Positions 52,640 to 61,793 of a stretch of 64,000 bases of DNA are shown here, piece after piece. The notes beneath the pieces are model-generated. The model did no database searches. It had not been told where the DNA came from and saw only the letters and a program-made list of their open reading frames with translations. Every line of letters starts with the position of its first letter. Position 1 is the first letter of the stretch. Made by a program: the position numbers and the translations under genes. Source of the stretch: Prorocentrum cordatum (taxonomy: Eukaryota); contig CAUYUJ010000002.1 of NCBI GenBank assembly GCA_963575745.1, forward strand, positions 248,001 through 312,000. Reading direction: 5' to 3'.

Positions 52640-53130
52640 TTAAAATGCATGTGCGCGACGCTCGGTGAGAATGACATGTTGAAGCGAACCCGCCCTCAAT
52701 CCGTGAAACTCTTCCACTGTTTGAAGACGAGTGTGCGCGGCGCAAGGGCGAGAGCCACATATTGAAGACGGCCCGCCCTCACTCCGTGAAGTCGTGACAA
52801 GTTGTTGAGACGACTGTGCGTGGCGCTGGGGAGTGAGCCACACGTTGAAAACGACCCGCCCTCCACCCGTGAAGCTCTTACAACTTTTCAAGACGACTGT
52901 GCGCTGCGCTACAGCGAGAGCCACATGTCTTCGCCCTCAATCGGAGAAGCTCTTGCACTGTGTCAAACGAATGCGCGTGGCGCTAAGGCGAGAGCTAGAT
53001 TCGGGAAACGACCCGCCCTCCATGTGTGAAACTGCTGCCGATGTCTACGCTTCAGGGTCATAACTGGCCAGGGGGTCTCAGGCGAAACGCCCGACCCGCC
53101 CTTTCGACTGGCCTCGGGCCGCGACAGGGC
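52640..53130 (+). repeat. Modular 83-bp-unit repeat (copy C)
   Basis: About 5 units, then an identical 27-nt end motif at 53074-53100. Confidence 0.8.
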
Positions 53131-54145
53131 TGAGTTATTTGTGAGGACAAGAGATTGAGCAGGCGGCGCGAGGGGTTTGGGGTTTGGGGGAGATGGAGGG
53201 GGAACAGCAGGAGAAGGAGGAGGAGGAGGAGGAGGCTGAGACGAAGGAGGAGGAGGAGGAGGTGGACGAGGAGGTTGAGGAGGGAGAGTGATTGGGGCGT
53301 GGAGGAGGCTAACAGGATTTGTTTGACACGCGTGGGGCCCTCGGGGCCGCCCCGAGTTGCCCTCCACGCTCGGGTGGTGGGCGAAACCGACCGCGCGGTA
53401 TCGCGCTGGACACGCTTTGACGCCCGAAGAAGAATACAGCTGCTGCAGACGGGGCCGCCCTCAAGAGCGGGAGTTCGTTGCCCCGAGGGCTCTCCGCCAC
53501 GAGGCTTTCGGAGGGGTAGGAAAACATGGAAGAGGAGGACTGGGGGAATGCGGAATAGAGGGGGAGGTGGAGGAGCAGGAGGAGGAGGAGGCGGAGGGCC
53601 ATGAGGAGGAGGAGGAGGAGGAGGAGGAGGAGGAGGAGGAGGAGGAGGAAGGACGTGGAGGTCGGAGGAGGGCGCTCGCCAGGGCGCCGGTCTGGTGGGC
53701 GCGCTGAGCTCCGCCAATCGCGCGCGGCCGCAGGCTCGGGGCCCAACTGGGGACTCCTCCTCCGTCTGCTCTTCCTTCTCCTTCCTGTCCTGGTCCTCCT
53801 GATCTTTGCTCTTCCTCCTCGGTTCTTCTTACACCCCCACCCCCTATTTTCTTCCCCTCTTCCTGGTCGTCCTCGTCCTCTTCCTCCTCATCCTCCTCTC
53901 CTGTTCTCCTCGTCCTCTTCCTCCTCCTCGTCCTCCTCCTCTTCCTCCTCCTCCTCCTCCTCATCCTCCTCCTCTCCTGTTCTCCTCGGACCGCCGGCAC
54001 CGCCGTGTGGGAGGAGCGGTCATCGCCTTCAAGCGCCACACGGGCAGGTGGACCCCATGGGGCGGCACTGGCACAGGCCCAGAGGGCCCGTTTCAGGCTG
54101 TGCCGTGTGCCGGGCTCACCGCTTTCGCGGTTGCCCTGGAGTTCA

Positions 54146-54266
54146 GGACGCCCGAAATGGGTACGGAAAGAATGGGTACGATGCCCAACAGCGGCCGCTG
54201 ATGATTTGGGACAACATTTGTTGTTGGGCATGGTACCCATTTTTTCCGTACCCACTTTGGGCGTCC
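54146..54266. mobile_element. 121-bp foldback/MITE-like element with 45-bp inverted arms
   Basis: 54146-54190 matches the reverse complement of 54222-54266 at 41/45. A degenerate copy lies at ~43981-44203. Confidence 0.6.
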
Positions 54267-54391
54267 AAAAGAGTTCTCTTCTGGCCGCCTGCTACTCGTG
54301 ACCAACTCCCACTCTACTATTCTCGAGCAGTGGCGAAGCGTCCCGGCGTGCCGATAGGCCCACCAAAGAATATGAGAGCCTTGTGTGGTTC

Positions 54392-54512
54392 CCACGAAAT
54401 GTTCTTAGAACATTTCTGGCTGGGACTATCTTGCTTTAACACATCGGGTTTCTGTTCTAAGAACCTTGTTTGTGTTCTTAGAACATTTGTGGGTTCTAAG
54501 GACATTTCGTGG
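54392..54512. mobile_element. 121-bp MITE-like element with 20-bp terminal inverted repeats
   Basis: CCACGAAATGTTCTTAGAAC ... GTTCTAAGGACATTTCGTGG (19/20), with internal GTTCT(T/A)AGAAC palindromes. Confidence 0.55.
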
Positions 54513-54539
54513 TAGGACTATAGAAATGCCTGCACGGTC

Positions 54540-54790
54540 GGTCCTTGCCCAAATGATGGGTGCAGATCGGGTCGACTTGATCGCCCCGAGATAGTGGCCA
54601 ATCCAGATTTGTGGCAGAGAATATGGCTTGTCGCCGCCAAACGCGACCATGAGCAGATAGACGTTCTGTGGAACCTATCACACAGCGAGGACGATGCCGG
54701 CCTTGTCAGCGACCCACGCAAGCTGCTTCTTAGAATTTGCAATGCCTGTGCAGACTTGAGGGCTGGTGTGGCCGCCCATAATGCTTGAAA
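54540..54790 (+). pseudogene. RNase H C-terminal half, LINE-derived fragment
   Basis: ANPDLWQRIW...IDVLWNLSH...ICNACADLRA matches the RNase HI N.DLW / W..SH / GN..AD.LA motifs. Confidence 0.65.
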
Positions 54791-55639
54791 GCTAGCTCTT
54801 GTTGGAGCCGCTCCTCCTACATGCTGACTTGCATGATGCCCAGAGCGAATTGATGAGGGGTAGAGCTCGTAGAGCGCTAGCTGGCTCCTCGGTTGGCGGT
54901 CCCATGGGTCTGCGAGCTGCCCTCGACGGCCAAGCCTAAGGGACCTAGCAGCCCTCCGGACCAGTCAGCATAACTTATTTAGCGGGCGAAGAACGGTATA
55001 CAATAAATTTTCCCGTCACCGGGGGCGTTGCCAGAGGGCGGCTGGAGAGTTTATATTTTTACGTGCCAGCGTAAGGGAATATATTTTCCAGCCGTCCTGG
55101 GACAGGCGCCCTTACCAGCAACAAAGTTAATCATAAACCTTTTTTCGCCCTTTAGTTATATACCGTTCTTCGCGCCGTTAATCATATATTGTTTTGTGTC
55201 TGCAAGTGCAGATTCAGCAGATACGGCGAGGTGGCGGACAACTCCACCATCCCCACAGCTACCCGGAACCCACTGCGTTCTGAAGGAACACAGGCCAGCC
55301 TCCAGCGAGGCCATCATGCCAGCGCTTGGTTCAGTAACGCTATGTGGGAGAGAGCTGCACGACTCCCACAGGCTCCGCTACATGTCCAAGTCTGAGCTGT
55401 TTCTTCTGTCGCTTTTGTGACACGACGGCCACTCAGGACCCTCGCCATCTGACCTCCACGGGGAGGAGGAGAAGGAGGAGGAGGAGGAGGAGGATGAGGA
55501 AGAGGAAGAGGAAGAGGAGGAGGAGGAGGAAGAGGAGGAGGAGAAGGAGGAGGAGGAATGGAGGAGGAGGAGTTGCTGGAGGAGGAAGAGGTGGAGGAGG
55601 AGGAGGAGGAGAAGGAGGAGGAGGAGGACTGAAGAGACC

Positions 55640-56200
55640 ACGCGCACGGATAACTATGACCTTGCGAAGATTGGCAGCGGGGAGTTCTCGGAGCCAAGGG
55701 ACGCATGACTTTGTGCGAGGCCCCGCTCGGCTGATGTCGCGGCGATCCCCCTTGGAGCCTTGGGCCAGGGAGTGGCGTGAGCGTTGGGCGGCTTCCCACC
55801 AGTCGACGAAGACCTGGCCACTTCGGCCGAGCATGCCCCTTCGGGAGGTTGCGGTATCCATCCCTCTCGTCCAAGAGGCAGCGTGCAGCAGTCGAGCAGC
55901 AGCCGTCTTTGCGAGGGTCGCCCGCCAGAGCCAGCCGCAGGCTCAGAAGGCGGCGTCTTTGGCCGTCGTTGCTTCTTCCCTTCGACCGTTGGAGGATGGG
56001 GCCGTGGAGCCCTCTGCGTCCTCCAGGATCAGGGACACAGGCGACAGTGACCAGTGTTTTGCGAGCGTGGGTACAGCTCATCCTATCTTGGAAGGGTATG
56101 CTGAGGTTCGCTTGCAACCCTGACCCACGCACCCTGATGCGCCTGGTCTCCCCCGCCTGGACAGGCCCTCCTTGCCAGGGAGGATGGCACGCTTCGCTGC
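55640..56200 (+). pseudogene. Possible decayed Cys/His-rich LINE C-terminal region
   Basis: Unique coding-like DNA between microsatellites with QGHRRQ*PVFCERGYSSSYLGRVC. The match is weak. Confidence 0.25.
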
Positions 56201-56604
56201 CGTGCTTCCTGCTGTCCGCCGCTCCGTGTGCGATCGTGCTCTTGTTTTTGTTTGTCTTGCTGCTCCTGTCCTCCCATTGCCAGACTCGGCGTTCGGCGCG
56301 TCGCTTCATGTGGTGGTTGCTGCTCTCCTCCTCCTCCTCCTCCTCCTCCTCCTCCTCGTTTTGTGTTTTTGTTCCGTTCCTCTTCCGCCTCATCATCATC
56401 CCTGCTCCTATTCCTTCTCGTCCCTTGCTCCCCCTCCTCCTCTTTGCTCCTCCTCCTCCCCTGCTCCTCCCCCTCTCTCCCTCCCCTCGCCTCGTCCTCC
56501 CCCGCCTCGCCCTCCCCCTCCTGGCCGCCGCCCCGCCCCGCGCAGACCGCGGTTCCCTGGCACGCGCCGCCCGAGTGCCCCGCGGAGCTCAGGGGCAACG
56601 ACAG

Positions 56605-56966
56605 GGGGGGAGGATGAGCACACGGGGGGACGCCTCGATCCCCAATCGCCCACTGATCGCCGATAGGCGCCCGATAGCCCCAACCCACCCAGGAAGGTTC
56701 GGGGGCGGACAGAGACCCCAACAGTGACACGTCGATTAGTGAATTGTCCGTTTTCGGTTCTCGAGAGGGCGCCGCGGCCGTCATATTCCAGGCTTGCGCC
56801 CGCCAGGTTTGGGCCTCAGGTCGTTTTCACTAAACCACGTTTTACTAAAGGGGGGTCTGTCCATCCCTGAGATAGGGGGGGATGAGCACAGGGGGGGACG
56901 CATCGATCCCCAATGGCCCATTGATCGCCGAGAGGGGCCCGATAGCCCCAACCCGCCCAGGAAGGT
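56605..56966 (+). repeat. ~95-bp direct repeat (56605-56700 and 56875-56966); related copy near 30090-30140
   Basis: GGATGAGCAC..GGGGGGACGC.TCGATCCCCAAT.GCCCA.TGATCGCCGA...GCCCGATAGCCCCAACC..CCCAGGAAGGT occurs twice. Confidence 0.85.
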
Positions 56967-57076
56967 GCGGACTCACCATCGGGGGCCCAGCGCCGATCTG
57001 TCGGCGACGGACCGCCGATTCCACGCCGATGTGCCGCCCTCTGTGCCAGTCCCCCCCCCACATCATTGCCCCTCAG

Positions 57077-57157
57077 GAGCTGCCGCTGGCGGTGCCGCGC
57101 GCGCCCCCGCCGCGCCCCGACGAAGACCGGCAGGCCGCCGACCACGCCGCGGCGCAG
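57077..57157 (+). CDS. Isolated candidate exon, product unknown
   Basis: CAG|G acceptor and CAG|GC donor, 81 nt, GC3-rich. Encodes ELPLAVPRAPPPRPDEDRQAADHAAAQ. Confidence 0.3.
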
Positions 57158-58244
57158 GCCCGGCGCGCGCGCGGCGGCGAGGGCCAGCATGCGTCAGAGG
57201 CGCTGTGTGGTGCAATGTTGTTCAGGCACGCGCAGCGGGGGGGGAGGGGGGAGGGGGGAGGGCTTCTCATTAGCACCCCTGCTTCTCGGAAGGCGCGGGC
57301 CCGGTCTGTCGATGTGAGGCCCGCGCTTTCGGGAAGCAGCCTCCTTCTAAGGAAGCCTTCCCCCCTCCGCCTACCCCCTTGTGCGCGCCGCCAAGCCAAC
57401 ATGCTTCAGGGCCGCTGTGTGGTGCAATGTTGTGCTGGGCCTCCTTCACCGAGCGCGTTCCACCACGGTTGGTTCGCGTCGTGTCGGCCGGCGGCGACCC
57501 CGCCGGCGGCGTTGACCGTTGAACGCCGCCGGCGACCCAGAATCGGTCGATGTTGAACGATCTGGCGTGTCAGAAACGGCCCATCGTTCAGGAACCACCG
57601 CCGGGGTCGACACGACACGAACCTGCCGTACTCGCAAAGTGCCTACTCGCAAGCGTCGGAAAAAACACATGGCTGCCTGAATGTGGTGCATCGTAGATCT
57701 AGCGCGGCGGATTCGCGCCATCTGCGAGTAGTTACTTTGCGAGTAGTGGACGCACTTGTCGACTCCTCAGGCCTCAGGATGGCTCTAAAGGGGCCCCAGG
57801 ATGGCCCGAAGATGGACCCAGGAGTGCCCCTCGACGGCCCCGAGAGCGCCCAAGACACCGCCCCAAGAGCGGCCGAAGAGGGCCACAAGAGGCAAGTTTT
57901 CGGGCCCCGACTGGGGGACCCTGTTGGGCCCCCACCCCCTGTAATGTGATGACAGCGACGTCAAAACGCACGATGTGTTCACACGTTTTCATGCTCGCCA
58001 CCTGAGAACTATTCAAATGGGCACGCAGACCGCTGTGGCTGCGCGCGGGCCTGGCCTGGGGCGCGGTGAGAACCCCGAGCCAAATGCTGTTGGGGACCCC
58101 CCCCTTCTTTGACCGATGGCCTCCAAGATGTTTCCAAGCCCGCCTCCAAGGTTTCAAGAGGGTCCTAAACAGACCTCCGATGTGGCCCTAAGCCTCCAGG
58201 CGTTGCCAGAGCGAACGATCGCCAAGGTCTTGAAATTTGACTCT

Positions 58245-60280
58245 TGTCGTCGTCGTCATCGTTTCGTCCGTGGTCCGTCGTCCGTCGTCCGTCGTCCGTC
58301 GCCCGTCGTCCGTCGTCAGTCGTCCGTCGTCCGTCGTCGTCCGTCGTCGCCTTCGTCGTCGTCCGTCGTCCGTCGTCTGTCGTCCGTCGTCGTAGTCGTT
58401 CGTCGTCGTCGTCGTCGTCGTCCGTCGTCCGTCGTCGTCGTCGACGTCGTCGTCGTCGTCATTGTCGTCGTCGTCGTCGTAGTCGTCGACTGGCACCCAG
58501 CCTCCGTCGTAAGTCGTCGTTGTCGCCGTCGTACGTCGTCCGTCGTCCGTCGTCGTCGTCCGTCGCCCGTCGTGCGTCGTGCGTCGTGCGTCGTGCGCCG
58601 TCCGTCGTCCGTCGTCCGTCGTCCGTTGTCGTCCGTCGTCGTCGTCGTCCATCGTCCGTCCTCCGTCGTCCGTCGTCGTCGTCGTCGTCGTTGTCAGTCG
58701 TCGTCGTCGTCTGGCGTCCAGCCTCCGTCGTAAGTCGTCCGTCGTCGTTGTCGCCGTCGTCCGTCGTCCGTCGTCCGTCGTCCGTCGTGCGTCGTCGTCG
58801 TGCGCCGTTGGTCGTCCATCGTCGTCGTCGACCGTCGCCGTCGTCGTGATCGTCGTCCGTCATCGGTCGTCCGTCGTCGTCGTCCGGCATCCAGCCTCCG
58901 TCGTCTGTCGTCTTTTGTCGTCATCCGTCGTCTTTACCGTCGTTGTCGTCCGTCGTTTGGCGTCCTGCGTCGAGCGTCCGTTGTCCGTCGTCTTTCGTAT
59001 GTCGTGTTTCGTCCGTCGATCGTCGTCCGTCGTCTGTCGTCTGTCGTCGTAGTCGTCCGTCGTCGTCCACGTTGTCGTCGGTCGTCGTCGTCCGTCGTCG
59101 GTCGTCCTTCGTCCGTCGTCCGTGGTCCGTCCTCGTCGCCATCGTCGTTGCCGTCCGCCGTCCGTCGGCCTTCTTCCGTCGTCAGTCGTCCGTCCGTCGT
59201 CCGTCGTCTCCTTTGTTGTCGTCGTCCGTCGTCGTCGTTGTCGTTGTCGTTCGACGTCCGTCGTCCGCCGTCCTATCGTCCGTCGTCATCCGTTGTCGTC
59301 TTCGTCGTCGTCGTCGTCCAGCGTCGAGCGTCCGTTGTCCGTTGTCCGTCGACCGTCGTCCGTCGTCGTCGTCGTCGTCGTTTCCGCCGTCGTTGTCGTG
59401 GGTCGCCGTCCGTCGTCCGTCGTCCGTCGTCCGTCGTCGTCCGTCGTCCGTCCCCGTCGTCGTTGTCGTCCGGCGTCCAGCGTCCGTCGTCTTGTCCGTT
59501 CGTCCGTCGTCCGCCGTCCGTCGACCGTCGTCCGTTGTCGTTGTCGTCGTCGTCGTCGTTGTCTTCGTCGTCGTCGCTCGTCTTCCGTCGTCTGTCGTCC
59601 GTCGTTCGTCGTCCGTCGTCCGTCGTCCGTCCTCCATTGTCCGTCGTCCGTCGTCCGTCGTCCGTCCTCTTCGTCGTCGTCCGTCGTCCGTCGGGCTTCT
59701 TCCGTCGTCCGTCGTCGTCCGTCGTCTTTCTCGTTATCGTCGTCGTCCGTCGTCCGTCGTCCATCGTCCGTCGTTCGTTGTCCGTTGTCCGTCGTCCGTC
59801 GTCCTTTCTCGTCGTCGTCGTCGTCGTCCGTCGTCCGTCGGGCTTCTTCCGTCGTCCGTCGTTCGTCGTTCGGCGTCCGGCGTCCGTCGTCCGTCGTCAG
59901 TCGTCCGTCGTCCGTCCTCGTCGTCGTCGTCATCGTCCGTCGTGCGTCGGGCTTCTTCCGTCGTCCGTCGTCCGTCATCGTCCGTCGTCTTCCTCGTTGT
60001 CGTCGTCGTCCGTCGTAGTCGTTGTCGTCCATCGTCGTCCATCGGCCGTCCGTCCATCGTCCGTCGTCCGTCGTCCGTGTCCGTCCGCCGTCCATCGGCC
60101 GTCGTCCGTCGTCCGTCGTCCGTCGTCGTCCGTCGTTCGTCGTCGTCGTCGTTCGTCTTCCGTTGTCTGTCGTTTGTCGTCTGTCGTCCGTCGTCCTTCG
60201 TCCGTCGTCCGTCGTCCGCGTCGGCGTCGTTGTCGTCCGCCGTCGTCGTCGTCTGTCGTCGTCGTCGTCGTCGTCGTCGT
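58245..60280. repeat. ~2-kb (CGT)n/(CCGTCGT)n compound simple repeat
   Basis: Direct reading. Confidence 0.97.
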
Positions 60281-61771
60281 TCTCGCCTCCCCCGCTGCCA
60301 CCGCCGCCGCCCCGCGAGAGCACCCCTACCCTGGCGGCGCGACGGCCAGGTGAGGCAGGAGGGGACGGATCCGGTTCGGGTCTGGAGGTTTCGGGGAGGG
60401 TTCGGGTTGGCGCTCGGTGGGCTCCGCGACCTTCTGGCTGCGGACATGGCACGACGGGAGGTTCCTGGCAATTTTTGCCCTCCAGGGGCCCTCGCCAGAC
60501 CCCAGGACCGTCCCAAATCGACTTGTGATGAATACCCGGGTGCAGACCTTCGGAGGGCACGGTGCTCGAAGTGAGGCTCGAAGATCACGACGTCGGAGAT
60601 CAGGGCAGGGGAGGGGAAGGATCGGGGGCTCGTGGAGGGGGATTGGGGCTAGGAAGCGAACGCAGTTGGATGCTCACATCGGGCGATCGCAAGCATGTAT
60701 TAAGGGGGCGTGGATTAGCGACGGCACCCGTTTCCCAGGGGAAACGCGAATTTCCGCCGCCGAGCGAGGCGGCACTGGCCGCATTTTGGGGAGTGCACCT
60801 CCTCCGATCCATGGATTTGGCGACCGCGCGCCAAATCCATTGATCGCTAATCCATGTTTGCGCGCCCCCGATCACAGTTCTCTCTTCCTGGGGCCGCTTC
60901 GATCGACTTCCACTTAAGTGCCGCAACAAAAAACGGGCCGTTTTCGCCGGCATTGGTGCGTAGGCTCTCCTCGTCAGGTCACGCGTAAGCGCCCTCATCT
61001 TCAACGTGCCGCTCTTGTGGCCCGCGTAAGCCGCGGCGTCAGGTCGTTGTATCATCTCGCATAAGACCCGTGTTTGCTCGTCGCTCACTTGTACGTCCCC
61101 CCGGAGGCAGGGATGGTTCGGGCCAGAAGTGCCTCCTGGCACCCTCAGGGTCAGCTGGCGCCGAGGGCTGGCCCATTCTGCCCTCACGGCCAGTCTTCGG
61201 CCTCGGCTTCGATGCTGGACCGTTGCGTGCCCCTTGGCCATGGTGTCTCGCAAACTGTCTGATCTGAGGCAGTGTCGCCGTCGGCAACGAACAACATTCA
61301 GGAGGGAACAAAACACACAGACACAATTAACAGTCGATTTCCCAGAAATACATGTGGGAAGTGGAGGGGAAGACAAAAATCCAGAACATATGGGAAACTA
61401 TGCGGAATATTGTTATTTGTATGTATTTATTTGTGTGTCCTTGGGTGCCTTGAAACATGGAAGTGCCTTCTCGATTTTGGCCTCTGGACCACGTTTCTGT
61501 GGACCCCTTTGCTGTCAAGAGCCGCTCCTGACGGGGCCGGGTGGACCCCGAGAGCCGGCTCCGTGCCAGTCTGGGGTCGGAGGGGCGGGGCGACCGTCGA
61601 CCCGCGAACCTTTAGGTGGGCTTGTTTTCCACCGCCACCACCTCCCCCTCCTCCTCCTCCTCCTCCTCGTCCTCCTCCTCCTCCTTCTCCTCCTCCTCCT
61701 TCTCGTCCTTCTCCTCCACCTCCTCCTTCTCCTCCTCTTCGTCCTCCTCCTCCTCCTCCTTCTCCTCCTCC

Positions 61772-61793
61772 TCCGTAGCCATTTTGGCTCAAG
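61772..61793 (+). other. Complete genomic copy of the dinoflagellate spliced leader (DinoSL), retroposed
   Basis: TCCGTAGCCATTTTGGCTCAAG is a 22/22 match to the DinoSL consensus DCCGTAGCCATTTTGGCTCAAG. It is followed by ATG rather than a GT donor, so it is not an SL RNA gene. Confidence 0.97.

Noticed and set aside
58116..60588. 500+ aa Arg/Ser/Val ORFs
   Set aside because: They are stop-free artefacts of (CGT)n/(CCGTCGT)n repeats.
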